The position numbers and the translations under genes were made by a program. Shown piece after piece: positions 11,673-23,900 of a stretch of 64,000 bases of DNA. The DNA comes from Escherichia coli (GTDB lineage: Bacteria > Pseudomonadota > Gammaproteobacteria > Enterobacterales > Enterobacteriaceae), in assembly GCF_041886205.1 (NCBI RefSeq), contig NZ_CP169029.1; one strand, given 5' to 3'. Each line of letters begins with the position of its first letter. Positions within the stretch are counted from its first letter, which is position 1. The notes below the pieces were generated by a model. It saw only the letters and a list, made by a program, of their open reading frames with translations. It searched no databases and had not been told where the DNA came from.

Positions 11673-13280
11673 CGTGATACTCCTGTTAATGAGCCGCTTC
11701 AGGCAGGACAAAACCCATCGCCGCATCGATAAATAATCTTTCGTCCATCAGTTTGAGTTCTGGCGAAATCACTGGGGTGAAATCCATTTTGTCGAGAATA
11801 TCTTTTTGTAAATCGACGCCAGGGGCGATTTCGATTAAATGCAGTCCGTCTTCTTTCAGCGTGAATACTGCGCGCTCAGTGATATAACGAACATCCAGCC
11901 CTCGCTCGAGAGCGATTTTTCCGCTAAAAGTAATTTCCGGTAGTTCCCGAATAAATTTATTTACCCGTCCTTCCTGGACGATATTCAATTTGCCGTCGGT
12001 AATTTCTGTTTTTAAACTGCCCGCAGTTAATGTGCCGCAGAAAACGATTTTCTTCGAAGTGGCACTGATATCAATAAATCCACCGGTGCCCATGATTTTA
12101 CCATTGAATTTATGCACGCCGACGTTACCGTGCTGGTCGACTTCAGCAAAACTCAAATAACAAACATCCAGACCGCCACCGTGATAAAAATCAAACTGGG
12201 ACGTCATATCCAGAATGGCGCGGGTATTCACGTTCGCGCCAAAGGCGATCCCCTGTGAAGTAATTCCGCCAATCGGACCTGTTTCTACCGTCAGAATAAA
12301 GTCATCAGCACAACCTTCTTCTCGGGCGACCAGGCCAATGCCGTCAGCAATACCGACGCCGACATTCCCCACCGCGCCTTTACGCATTTCGAATAATGCG
12401 CGCCGCGCAACTAATTTACGTTGGTTTAGGGGCAGGCTAAGTTTGGTACTGTCATCAAGGGTGAAGTCACCAGAAATAAAGCGGTTAACCGGTGCACCGC
12501 CATACAGTTGGGTTTGATCCGGATCGACCACCACAATATCCACCAGATAACCCGGAATACGGACAGATTTAGGATGCAGCGTGGCTTTCTTAACCATTTT
12601 CTGCACCTGCATCATCACAATACCGCCGTTATTGTGCACCGCCTGGGCAATAACCAATGCGTCGAGATACATCACCTCATCTTCAAAAGTGGCGTAGCCT
12701 TCGCTGTCGCAGGTGGTAGCGCGAATGAAGGCGATATCTGGCGCAATCGCTTTGTAATAGAGATATTCTTTGTTATCAAACTCGACCAGTTTAATCAGGT
12801 CTTCTTTAGTGACTTCATTCAGTTTGCCGCCTTGCTGGCGTGGATCGACAAATGTCCCGATGCCAATATCACTAATAATACCAGGCTGGTGGGCTGCGGC
12901 GGCGCGTAAGGTTTGTGTAAGTACACCTTGTGGATAGTTATAAGCAATAATTTTATTTTGTTCTGCGAGATCAGAAATACGCGGCGATTGTCCCCAGTGA
13001 CCGCATAATGCCCATTTCACCAGACCTTCTTGCGCCAGCGGACTAATACCGCGATCGGCGCGATCGCCAAGCCCTGTTGGACTAATAATCGATAAATTAC
13101 GTGGCGTTTGAGTCTGTTTATATTTATCAGCAAGAGCAGTAATTAACGTGGTGGCTTCCAGAATACCGCCGCCAGCGCCTAACACACAAAGTGTTGCTTC
13201 GTCGGGAATATAATTCACCGCTTCCGGTGATGCTGCCAACTTACTGATTTAGTGTATGATGGTGTTTTTGAGGTGCTCCA

Positions 13281-13556
13281 GTGGCTTCTGTTTCTATCAG
13301 CTGTCCCTCCTGTTCAGCTACTGACGGGGTGGTGCGTAACGGCAAAAGCACCGCCGGACATCAGCGCTATCTCTGCTCTCACTGCCGTAAAACATGGCAA
13401 CTGCAGTTCACTTACACCGCTTCTCAACCCGGTACGCACCAGAAAATCATTGATATGGCCATGAATGGCGTTGGATGCCGGGCAACCGCCCGCATTATGG
13501 GCGTTGGCCTCAACACGATTTTCCGCCATTTAAAAAACTCAGGCCGCAGTCGGTAA
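13281..13556 (+). CDS. insA: IS1 InsA (transposition inhibitor / N-terminal part of transposase)
   Basis: 91-aa [25 protein letters not shown]...; A6C frameshift motif (TTAAAAAACTC) near its 3' end. Confidence 0.9.
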   Translation: MASVSISCPSCSATDGVVRNGKSTAGHQRYLCSHCRKTWQLQFTYTASQPGTHQKIIDMAMNGVGCRATARIMGVGLNTIFRHLKNSGRSR

Positions 13557-13978
13557 CCTCGCGCATACAGCCGGGCAGTGACGTCATCGTCTGCGCGGAA
13601 ATGGACGAACAGTGGGGCTATGTCGGGGCTAAATCGCGCCAGCGCTGGCTGTTTTACGCGTATGACAGGCTCCGGAAGACGGTTGTTGCGCACGTATTCG
13701 GTGAACGCACTATGGCGACGCTGGGGCGTCTTATGAGCCTGCTGTCACCCTTTGACGTGGTGATATGGATGACGGATGGCTGGCCGCTGTATGAATCCCG
13801 CCTGAAGGGAAAGCTGCACGTAATCAGCAAGCGATATACGCAGCGAATTGAGCGGCATAACCTGAATCTGAGACAGCACCTGGCACGGCTGGGACGGAAG
13901 TCGCTGTCGTTCTCAAAATCGGTGGAGCTGCATGACAAAGTCATCGGGCATTATCTGAACATAAAACACTATCAATAA
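13475..13978 (+). CDS. insB: IS1 InsB reading frame (expressed as InsAB' transposase by -1 frameshift)
   Basis: 167-aa ORF recognised as IS1 InsB. Confidence 0.88.
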   Translation: MPGNRPHYGRWPQHDFPPFKKLRPQSVTSRIQPGSDVIVCAEMDEQWGYVGAKSRQRWLFYAYDRLRKTVVAHVFGERTMATLGRLMSLLSPFDVVIWMTDGWPLYESRLKGKLHVISKRYTQRIERHNLNLRQHLARLGRKSLSFSKSVELHDKVIGHYLNIKHYQ

Positions 13979-14202
13979 GTTGGAGTCATTACCCCGCTTC
14001 CTGTGCCGACAGGACCGGCACTCGTCCATTAATACGAGGTGGTTTTACAGGTTTCATTGTTAATTCCTGATTCAGGTGTGATTTTCCCTACGCCAGATGG
14101 AGAATTAGCGCACAGAGACTCACGAAATATTTTTATTAAATACGGTTAACTATATTTTTTTTAGTTCGGCGGGGGAGGGTATTCCCGCCGAAATATTATT
14201 GC

Positions 14203-14961
14203 TTATGCCTGATGTAAAATAGTTAATACAGTGCGCAAATCATTTACCGAGATTTGCCCTGGTGCAGAGGCTTTTTTTACCGCACCAAAAGTTGCCGCCG
14301 AGCCAAATACTTCACCAGCCAGACGAGAAATTACGCCAGTTTTTGCCATCGACATCGTGATGATTGGACGATCGGCATACTGCTCCTGCATCTCCAGGGT
14401 CGCGGCAAGCAACGTCAGCACATCGCTGGTACTTTGCGGCATCAGCGCAATCTTAGGAATATCGGCGTCGAAGGACTGCATTTTGCGCAGACGGGCAATG
14501 ATTTCTTCGGCTTCCGGCGTTTTATGGAAGTCATGGTTGGACATGACAACTTTCACATCATGCGCGTGGGCGTAGGCGACGGTTTCTTTAACCTGATCAT
14601 CGCCGGTAAATAACTCCAGATCGATCATATCAACCAGGCCGCTGTCGATGGCTGCACGATTGAGAGCAATATAAGCCTCGGTGGAAATCGCCTGCTCGCC
14701 GCCTTCTTTGGCACTGCGGAAGGTAAACAGCAGCGGTTTTTCTGGCATGGTTTCACGGAGAATTTTTGCCGCCGCCATGACAGACTCCACATTGGAGAGG
14801 TCGGCAAAGTGGTCCACACGCCATTCCAGAATATCAAAGTCCGCTTCACGATAGGCGAGAGCTTCGGATTTCACGCGGGCGATATCTTTCGCCATCAGCG
14901 AGACGATGATTTTAGGTGCGCCCGTACCAATGACGAGATCTTTTACAGTTACGGTTTTCAT
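14203..14961 (-). CDS. aroD: 3-dehydroquinate dehydratase (type I)
   Basis: 252-aa ORF recognised as AroD. Confidence 0.93.
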   Translation of the reverse strand: MKTVTVKDLVIGTGAPKIIVSLMAKDIARVKSEALAYREADFDILEWRVDHFADLSNVESVMAAAKILRETMPEKPLLFTFRSAKEGGEQAISTEAYIALNRAAIDSGLVDMIDLELFTGDDQVKETVAYAHAHDVKVVMSNHDFHKTPEAEEIIARLRKMQSFDADIPKIALMPQSTSDVLTLLAATLEMQEQYADRPIITMSMAKTGVISRLAGEVFGSAATFGAVKKASAPGQISVNDLRTVLTILHQA

Positions 14962-14991
14962 TTTTTACCCTTTCTGCACGCGGTCAGCCTG

Positions 14992-15858
14992 TCAGGCACC
15001 GAACCCCATGACCTGTTTAACATATTCCAGAGGGAAATCTTTGCCAGTCCATAACGTGAACTGTTCAGCCCCTTGCCACAACAACATGCCGTATCCATCA
15101 ATCGTTTTGCAACCAGCTTGTTGCGCCTGCTGCAATAACTTCGTCATATGCGGGTTATACACGCATTCAGTGACCAGAAGTCCCGGATGTAACAGACTGA
15201 TATCATTAACTAATGATTCATTCTCAAGGGGTTTCATACCCACTTTTGTGCCATTGGTTAAAATGTCGGCGGAAGCCAGGGCTTCAGCAAAGGCTTGCTG
15301 ATCGGCGAGATCGGTAACCGTGACGACACAATCGGTGTTTTCGTTAACCCGCTGCGCGAAGGCGAGGGCTTTATCGAAGAACTCATCCCGACGGTTAAAG
15401 AGTTTAATTTCTTTTAAACCTTCAATTGCCCCCTGCGCGCCAATCGCCGTTGAGGCACCTCCGGCCCCTAACAGCACCATTGTTTTGCCTTTGATATCAA
15501 AACCGCTCTCTTTAATGGCGCGAATATGGCCCGTGCCATCGGTGTTATAGCCGCGCAGGTAGCCATCATCATTAACGATGGTGTTGATGGCACCCACCAG
15601 TTTGGCTGCCGGCGTTAATTCATCAACATATTCACACGCCAGTTGTTTGTTCGGCATTGATACACCAGTTCCGCGCATTTTTAGAGCTTTTAATCCTTCA
15701 ATTGCTCCGGGAAAGCTATCGTTATCCACTTCGAAGGCCATATAGGTAAATGGCAATCCCGCTTTTTCTAAGGCTTTATTCTGCATTTCAGGCGATAAAC
15801 TGTGGCGGATAGGATAAGCCATCAACCCAATCAATTCGTATTTTGCGGTAACATCCAT
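14992..15858 (-). CDS. ydiB: quinate/shikimate dehydrogenase
   Basis: 288-aa ORF recognised as YdiB (AroE paralog). Confidence 0.92.
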
Positions 15859-15869
15859 AATTAACTCCT

Positions 15870-17141
15870 TTAACCTCTATGCTTAATTGTGTTTAACCGG
15901 GTGCTAAATTTGCGCTCGCCAAACCGCACATCATTCTCAGGAATAATAAAAACGCGGTAATAGCGGATAAAAACAATAATTGCGGTAATCAGGGCCAGCA
16001 GCGCGAAAGTAAAATCGAGAACAATGATATATTGCAGGCCGATGTTCGACAGATAACCGGTAATCAGCGGAATAACAAAGTTAGCCAGTCCACCCATCAT
16101 CATATAAATACTGGTGACTTTGGCTTTGCTTTTTGGGAAAAACTCTGACATGACCGAAACACCGAGCTGTAAAATGCCGCCAGCTGCTGAGAAACCGATA
16201 ACAAAGGCGCCGGCATTACACACCAGTGGAGAAGGGTACAGGTAGATAATGGCTGCTGTTATTGTTGCCAGTGCAGAGTTAAATACATTAGCCCAGATGG
16301 GCCGGACCATTTTTTTCAGTAGTGCGGCAAAAATAAAGACACAGACCAACGAGCCCATACTGTAATAAGAGATGGTTTTTAATGCCTCAGCTTCTGACAT
16401 ACCAGCAAAAGCCATCGCATATTTGGGCATCCACACCACAATCACATAAAAGGTCGAGAATGCGGCTACACCGAACAGTACCGATGAAACACCTTCCAGC
16501 CAGACTAACGGTTTGCTGTTCATTTGCGGTAATTCATTAGCTACGCTGGCGTCCACCAACTGGCTGGGGAATTTGCTTTTCAACAGCATCAGCGTGATCA
16601 GTACAAACAGAATACCCGGAATAATCAGCCCATAGCCGTACCAGATATTATTGAGCAACATATAGCTCACCAGCATTGGGTAGAACATTTGCCCGAATGA
16701 CACCATCGCTTTAACCAGTATGACCGCCGAACCAGAGGCTTTCGGAAAGCATTCCATGAGCGCGGGGTAGCCACCCGTATCCAGCGCTGAGTTAGCGATA
16801 CCTACGCACACTGCCAGACCGTAGGCGAGAGTTAAATTCGGGCAAGCGGGAATACCAAAGAAGAATAGCAGATACATTATTACTGCCATTAATATCACCG
16901 CCCGACGACCAAACTTATCGGAGATCACACCGAAGAATAAAATACTGATCAATCGCCCCAAACCGATACCGGAAATTAAGTAGGCAATGCCCGCGTTGTC
17001 AGTGGAAAACTTTTCCGCCAGAGATGACATATTTTGGGCAAGCGTAATAACACTAATGCCGTGCAGGAAGTAGCTGAAGTAAATACAAAGAACAGCCAGG
17101 ATAAATGGTGTGCTGAAAGCCTTATTTTGAGACATTTTCAC
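15870..17141 (-). CDS. ydiN: MFS transporter
   Basis: 423-aa hydrophobic ORF; true start may be 1–2 codons downstream. Confidence 0.85.
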
Positions 17142-17361
17142 AGCTCCTTGCTGAAAGATTATTTCGTTACCGTACGTATTGTTCTCCGACGGTTTACATA
17201 ATTACTATACTGAAGATGATTATCCCTGGGTATATGGCATAAAGTTTATGTTTCCAGGAATATTGCATGTCATAGTTTGTTTTTGATCGCGATTTTCCTT
17301 AGTTAGCGCAGAAAGAGTTATTTATCCGTAAGATCTTGCATGACATGAAAAGAATATTGCA

Positions 17362-18576
17362 TTACCCACCCGAAGCGACATTTTCCTTTAGCGAGTGATG
17401 CCGCGTTTTTTTGCGGCTGCGTAAGCCGATAAACAGTGCCAGTAAAAAACCGATGGCAGCGATGGCGGTATCGAACCACATAATATCGGCAATACTTCTT
17501 TGGGACAGATGAGCCGTAATCAACGGAATAGTAAAGGTCGCAATACTGCCCGCACTGTAATAGATCCCTGTAGCTTTACCTTTAGCGTAAGGGAAACGTT
17601 CAGCCATTAACGTCAAGCCAATTTGCACAACACCTCCAGCAGAGGTAAAACCAATGACAAAAGCAAATATTATCACCACATAAAATGTGGGATGCAGGCA
17701 GACGGTAAACAGACCAATAAATGAGATAAAGGTGTACAGCATCAGTAATGTTGTTGGGCGAACGGTATTACGAATGAGTGGAGCGGTAATAAATACACAA
17801 AGCAGCGAACCCACGGTGTAGATACTGAGTAGTTTGATCGACATAGTGTATGACATGCCTGTAACAAATTGTCCGTACTGTGCCAGCCACTGGCTAACCA
17901 GATAAAACGTTGCCATTGAGATATAGCCATATAAGGTATAACTGGCTAAATCGATAATTGAACAGCGATGTTCCGTAGAGCTGGTGGTTTTCTTTATGAC
18001 AGGTAAGCGACGACCCGGATGGGGTGGGAACGTACAACGGTATAAAAACAGAGCGTTAATAAACATAATGCCTGCAGCAATCATAAAAGACCAACCGAAC
18101 CACAGTTCAGCCCACACTAACAGGCTAATGATTAGCGGTAATAAAAATTGTCCGCTGGAAACAAATGCTTTAATTAAAATATTGGCTGTCCCAGGTGAGC
18201 GTGGAAAAGCTTCCATCAAACTGGGATAAGTGCCTGCATCGAGAAAACTGTTTGCCATTCCCGCCAGAAAGCCAAAAACATAAGCGATAATGATGTTATT
18301 GGTCTGCAGGATGCCAAAAAAGAAGGCCATATAGCAGCACATCCCGAGCATGATAAAAGGGCGGCGACCAAAGCGATCGGATAATAATCCTGCAAAAAGC
18401 AAGACACTTAATCGACCAATGCCCAGCGATGAGATAACTATCGAGACGCCCGCGGCATTAGTCTGCCAAAGTGTCTCCAGCGAGGCCATATTCAGGCTCA
18501 TCAAAATGACGCCCATACCATGCACCAGGTAATTAAAATACAACCCAAGTGCGGTAGGGTAATAGGGATTTTTCAT
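17362..18576 (-). CDS. ydiM: MFS transporter
   Basis: 404-aa hydrophobic ORF. Confidence 0.85.
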   Translation of the reverse strand: MKNPYYPTALGLYFNYLVHGMGVILMSLNMASLETLWQTNAAGVSIVISSLGIGRLSVLLFAGLLSDRFGRRPFIMLGMCCYMAFFFGILQTNNIIIAYVFGFLAGMANSFLDAGTYPSLMEAFPRSPGTANILIKAFVSSGQFLLPLIISLLVWAELWFGWSFMIAAGIMFINALFLYRCTFPPHPGRRLPVIKKTTSSTEHRCSIIDLASYTLYGYISMATFYLVSQWLAQYGQFVTGMSYTMSIKLLSIYTVGSLLCVFITAPLIRNTVRPTTLLMLYTFISFIGLFTVCLHPTFYVVIIFAFVIGFTSAGGVVQIGLTLMAERFPYAKGKATGIYYSAGSIATFTIPLITAHLSQRSIADIMWFDTAIAAIGFLLALFIGLRSRKKTRHHSLKENVASGG

Positions 18577-18675
18577 AGGTTCTACTTAGCAAAGGTGCTT
18601 TAAAAAGTGTAGCGATGTTGTGTCAGTATCCATTCATTATTGTTGTAACAACGACAATTCCTTTCTGTGGAAAAA

Positions 18676-19032
18676 TTAACAAAGCCGCTCCAGATCGTGT
18701 GCATATAATTCAGCGGCTACCGATTGATAGATCTTCCAGTCAATAAAATTGCCATCAGGGTAGACTCGTTGAAATGCGGTTAAGTCGGGGAAAAAACGCA
18801 TGGTGTTGTTGCCGATGCGGTTATTTATTTTCTCTATGATGGCATGAAGATGTTTTTTTCTTTGCTGACGCATAGCCAACAGTTGCTCGACTACACGATC
18901 AGGAATGGCACACTTGCCATTTTCCCATTGACGCCAGCTTTCACTGTCACCGGTCTGGGCAATCCAGGTCGCGCATTCATCAATAGTCATGGCAAAAATA
19001 TGGCGGAGTGCCTGGAGTTCATAAGCGTTCAT
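18676..19032 (-). CDS. ydiL: DUF1870-family small protein
   Basis: ORF 18676..19059; start chosen at MNAYELQALRH giving 118 aa. Confidence 0.8.
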   Translation of the reverse strand: MNAYELQALRHIFAMTIDECATWIAQTGDSESWRQWENGKCAIPDRVVEQLLAMRQQRKKHLHAIIEKINNRIGNNTMRFFPDLTAFQRVYPDGNFIDWKIYQSVAAELYAHDLERLC

Positions 19033-19170
19033 CGTGTAATGGCTGCATGAAATAAACAATAAAATATAAATAACATTATCAGCCTGCTGACGGCTTGAAG
19101 AGAGTCACAGTATCTTGTGCAACATTATTGGAAAGAGTGAGGGGCGAGGTAGCGAAGTGGAAAAATGTTA

Positions 19171-19275
19171 AAAAAAAGCCCATCGTGGGAGATGGGCAAA
19201 GACTACACACAGCAATTCGTTGTTTCACTCAGGGGATTTCCATGCTTATAAATCAATATGTTGATTTATAACCGT
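19171..19275 (-). ncRNA. rprA: RprA small regulatory RNA (RpoS translational activator)
   Basis: Reverse complement matches the RprA sequence I recall (ACGGTTATAAATCAACATATTGATTTATAAGCATGG...CCCACGATGGGCTTTTTTT), including intrinsic terminator; coordinates +/-2 nt. Confidence 0.85.
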
Positions 19276-19460
19276 GAGCTAATAGTAGGCATACGGACTT
19301 TTTGCGTCGATCAGATTCGTCTCATTAGTTTAAAAACTGTAAAGAATTTGCGACAGGTACTACCAGCTGAATGGCGGTAAGCAGGAAAATATGGGGAAGA
19401 GCAAGCAAATATCAATTAGCGGGGGTTAACAATCAGGCGGCAGAGCCGCCTGATGAGAAA

Positions 19461-20573
19461 TTACTTATTCGGTTTCTCGATTTCGCCAAGTTCTTCGAGA
19501 ATTTCTTCCGGTTGGTCCGTCGGCGGCGGGACTTCTTCCACCCACGCGGCAAACAGACGCCAGGAAACGGCTAACAGAACCGGACCAATAAACAGACCGA
19601 TCATCCCGAAAGCAATCAAACCACCAATAACACCAGAGAGGATCAGGATCAGCGGTAAATCGGCACCCATGCGAATTAACATTGGGCGGATGACGTTATC
19701 CAGCGTGCCAACCACACCGCTCCACACTAACAATACCGTTCCCCAGGTGGTATCGCCAGTCCAGTAGAGCCAGATAATCGCCGGAATCAGTACCGGCAAC
19801 GGGCCAAGCTGGACAAGGCAGGAGAGGATCATTAACACCGTTAGCAACGTTGCATAAGGTACGCCGGATACGGCGAGGCCGATACCGCCAAGCACTGCCT
19901 GTACTAACGCCGTCACCACCACACCCAGCGCCACCGCGCGGATAGCCTGTGCCGCCAGCAGCACGGCGGCATCTCCGCGAACGCCTGCCAGACGGGTTGC
20001 AAAATGGCGAATGCCTTGTGCCACCTGTTCACCGCGCCAGTACAGCAGGGCACTGAAGAGAAGCATCAGCGCACAATGCACCATAAAGCGCCCGATATGC
20101 GCCGCCTGCCCAACGAACCAGGTGGTGGTGGTGCCAATATAAGGGCGGACTTTCGCCATGATCGCCGTCCCCCCCATATCCAGCAAGTTGTGCCAGCCTG
20201 CATACAGCTTCGCGCCAATCACCGGAATGGTATTAAGCCACGCCAGATCGGGTAACGTCATGTCACCGCTGGAAATGGCTTTAATTAGCGGGCCGCTGCC
20301 GTCGACGATACTGTTAACCAGCAAAGCAATAGGGATGATAAACACCATCACTAATAACAGCGTCATCACCAGAACGGCGAGAGAGCGGCGACCAAACATG
20401 ATCTTTTGCAAACGTAACAATACCGGCCAGGTGGCGATAACCACCGTACCGGCCCATGCAAAGCCGAGAATAAAGGGTTGAACAATCCACAGACATGCCA
20501 CAATCATGATGGCTAAAAACAGCACCGAAAGCAGAATTTGTGCGACATCCCTGGGCTGACGAACATTTACCAT
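19461..20573 (-). CDS. ydiK: AI-2E family (UPF0118) inner-membrane transporter
   Basis: 370-aa polytopic ORF recognised as YdiK. Confidence 0.88.
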   Translation of the reverse strand: MVNVRQPRDVAQILLSVLFLAIMIVACLWIVQPFILGFAWAGTVVIATWPVLLRLQKIMFGRRSLAVLVMTLLLVMVFIIPIALLVNSIVDGSGPLIKAISSGDMTLPDLAWLNTIPVIGAKLYAGWHNLLDMGGTAIMAKVRPYIGTTTTWFVGQAAHIGRFMVHCALMLLFSALLYWRGEQVAQGIRHFATRLAGVRGDAAVLLAAQAIRAVALGVVVTALVQAVLGGIGLAVSGVPYATLLTVLMILSCLVQLGPLPVLIPAIIWLYWTGDTTWGTVLLVWSGVVGTLDNVIRPMLIRMGADLPLILILSGVIGGLIAFGMIGLFIGPVLLAVSWRLFAAWVEEVPPPTDQPEEILEELGEIEKPNK

Positions 20574-20961
20574 AACTACTTTTCACCTTTTTTGTGCGTC
20601 AAATCGTCGACGCGACGTGAACACGCGAAACTCACCTGCATAATGATGAGCAATTTCAGCGGTTTTTAACAGGCCGATTCTGCCCTTAATTCTGATGGGC
20701 GTGTTAGAAAAAAATGTGGTACAACAACTCAGGCAACACGCAAACGATTTACTCGTCGTATTTCAAGTTGCATGTGCTGCGGCTACGTTCGTTCACCCCA
20801 GTCACTTACTATTGTAAGCTCCTGGAGTTCACTCGCTTGCCGCCTTCCTGCAACACGAAATCCATAGAGTAAACAAACATCACCTTTCAGTGCGCTATTG
20901 CAGCAGCCTGAAAGAATAGTGTATCGACCTACATCACAGACCGCAGGAAAGGGTCAATATA

Positions 20962-23900
20962 ATGATTCCACAGATTTCCCAGGCACCCGGCGTCGTTCAA
21001 CTGGTGCTTAATTTTTTGCAAGAGCTGGAGCAACAAGGTTTTACCGGCGATACGGCGACAAGTTATGCCGATCGTCTGACAATGTCGACCGACAACAGTA
21101 TTTACCAACTTCTCCCCGATGCGGTGGTATTTCCGCGTTCAACCGCAGATGTGGCGCTGATCGCCCGTCTTGCCGCGCAGGAACGCTATTCATCGCTGAT
21201 CTTTACCCCCCGCGGCGGCGGCACCGGCACTAACGGTCAGGCGCTCAACCAGGGGATTATTGTTGATATGTCCCGCCATATGAACCGCATCATCGAAATT
21301 AACCCTGAAGAGGGCTGGGTGCGCGTTGAGGCCGGGGTGATAAAAGATCAACTCAATCAGTACCTGAAACCGTTCGGCTACTTTTTTGCGCCGGAACTTT
21401 CGACCAGCAACCGGGCAACGCTCGGTGGGATGATCAATACCGATGCATCCGGTCAGGGATCGCTGGTCTATGGCAAAACGTCAGATCACGTACTTGGCGT
21501 ACGCGCGGTGTTGTTGGGGGGCGATATTCTCGATACGCAACCTTTACCCGTCGAATTGGCGGAAACGCTGGGTAAATCCAATACCACAATCGGGCGAATT
21601 TATAACACGGTTTATCAACGTTGCCGTCAGCAACGCCAGTTAATTATCGACAACTTCCCCAAACTTAACCGCTTTCTTACCGGTTACGATCTGCGTCATG
21701 TCTTTAACGATGAGATGACCGAGTTCGACCTGACGCGCATTCTGACGGGTTCAGAAGGGACGCTGGCCTTTATTACCGAAGCGCGGCTGGATATTACACG
21801 CTTGCCTAAAGTGCGCCGTCTGGTGAACGTCAAATATGACTCTTTTGACTCTGCGCTGCGTAACGCGCCGTTTATGGTTGAGGCGCGGGCGCTTTCGGTA
21901 GAGACGGTGGACTCAAAAGTGCTGAATCTGGCGCGGGAAGATATTGTCTGGCATTCCGTCAGCGAGTTGATTACCGATGTGCCTGACCAAGAGATGCTCG
22001 GGCTGAACATTGTGGAATTTGCTGGTGATGATGAGGCGCTGATTGATGAGCGGGTAAATGCACTCTGTGCGCGGTTGGATGAGCTGATCGCCAGTCATCA
22101 AGCAGGTGTCATCGGCTGGCAGGTGTGCCGTGAGCTGGCGGGGGTTGAACGTATCTATGCAATGCGCAAAAAAGCCGTTGGTCTGCTTGGCAATGCCAAA
22201 GGTGCCGCTAAGCCAATTCCGTTTGCTGAGGATACCTGCGTACCGCCGGAACACCTGGCGGATTATATTGCTGAATTTCGCGCGCTGCTCGACAGCCACG
22301 GCTTAAGCTACGGTATGTTCGGTCACGTCGACGCAGGTGTCTTGCACGTCCGTCCAGCGCTGGATATGTGCGATCCTCAACAAGAGATTTTGATGAAGCA
22401 AATCTCTGATGACGTGGTGGCGCTGACTGCGAAATACGGTGGTTTGTTGTGGGGCGAGCACGGCAAAGGTTTTCGCGCTGAATACAGCCCGGCGTTTTTC
22501 GGTGAGGAACTTTTTGCAGAACTGCGCAAAGTGAAAGCGGCATTTGACCCGCATAACCGACTCAACCCAGGGAAGATTTGCCCGCCAGAAGGTCTCGATG
22601 CGCCGATGATGAAAGTGGACGCGGTGAAGCGCGGTACATTCGATCGGCAGATCCCCATTGCGGTACGCCAGCAGTGGCGCGGTGCGATGGAGTGTAACGG
22701 CAACGGTTTATGCTTCAACTTTGATGCCCGTAGTCCGATGTGTCCGTCGATGAAGATCACCCAGAACCGGATTCATTCACCGAAAGGGCGCGCAACGCTG
22801 GTGCGTGAATGGCTGCGTTTGTTGGCGGATCGCGGCGTTGATCCACTCAAACTGGAACAAGAACTGCCTGAATCCGGCGTCAGTTTGCGGACGTTAATTG
22901 CCCGCACGCGCAATAGCTGGCATGCGAATAAAGGCGAATATGACTTCTCACACGAAGTCAAAGAGGCGATGTCGGGCTGTCTGGCCTGTAAAGCGTGTTC
23001 GACCCAGTGCCCCATCAAAATTGATGTGCCGGAGTTTCGCTCTCGTTTTCTGCAGCTCTATCACACCCGTTATTTACGCCCGCTGCGCGACCACCTCGTC
23101 GCTACGGTCGAGAGCTACGCGCCGCTGATGGCACGCGCGCCGAAAACCTTTAACTTCTTCATTAACCAGCCGCTGGTGCGCAAACTCTCGGAAAAACATA
23201 TCGGCATGGTTGATTTGCCGCTGCTGTCGGTCCCCTCGCTACAACAACAAATGGTGGGGCATCGCTCGGCAAACATGACGCTGGAACAGCTTGAATCTCT
23301 CAATGCAGAGCAGAAAGCGCGCACAGTGTTGGTGGTGCAGGACCCCTTTACCAGCTATTACGATGCGCAAGTGGTGGCGGATTTTGTCCGTCTGGTCGAA
23401 AAATTAGGTTTCCAGCCTGTGTTACTGCCATTTTCGCCAAATGGCAAAGCCCAGCATATTAAAGGTTTTCTTAATCGTTTTGCGAAGACGGCGAAAAAGA
23501 CGGCGGATTTCCTCAACCGTATGGCGAAGCTGGGTATGCCAATGGTGGGCGTCGATCCGGCGCTGGTACTTTGTTATCGCGATGAATATAAACTGGCGCT
23601 GGGCGAGGAGCGTGGCGAGTTTAACGTCTTACTGGCGAATGAATGGCTGGCAAGCGCACTTGAGTCACAGCCAGTGGCTACAGTCAGCGGTGAATCATGG
23701 TATTTCTTTGGTCACTGTACCGAAGTTACCGCCTTGCCGGGTGCGCCAGCACAATGGGCCGCGATATTTGCCCGTTTTGGCGCGAAACTGGAAAATGTCA
23801 GCGTGGGTTGCTGCGGCATGGCAGGGACTTACGGACATGAAGCGAAAAACCATGAAAATTCGCTCGGGATCTATGAGTTATCCTGGCATCAGGCTATGCA

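Larger units (their letters stand above)
13226..13993 (+). mobile_element. IS1: IS1 insertion sequence (~768 bp) with terminal inverted repeats GGTGATGCTGCCAACTTACTGAT / ...GTTGGAGTCATTACC
   Basis: Terminal inverted repeats and insA/insB ORFs recognised; flanked by 8-bp direct repeat CCGCTTCC; boundaries +/-2 nt. Confidence 0.9.
11686..14057 (-). pseudogene. ydiF: CoA-transferase (fused alpha/beta subunits) interrupted by IS1 after about codon 23
   Basis: Body of YdiF encoded at 11686..13225; first 21 codons (MKPVKPPRINGRVPVLSAQEA) found on the far side of IS1 at ~13994..14057; track ORF 11686..13239 takes its apparent start codon from inside the IS1 left end. Confidence 0.85.
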
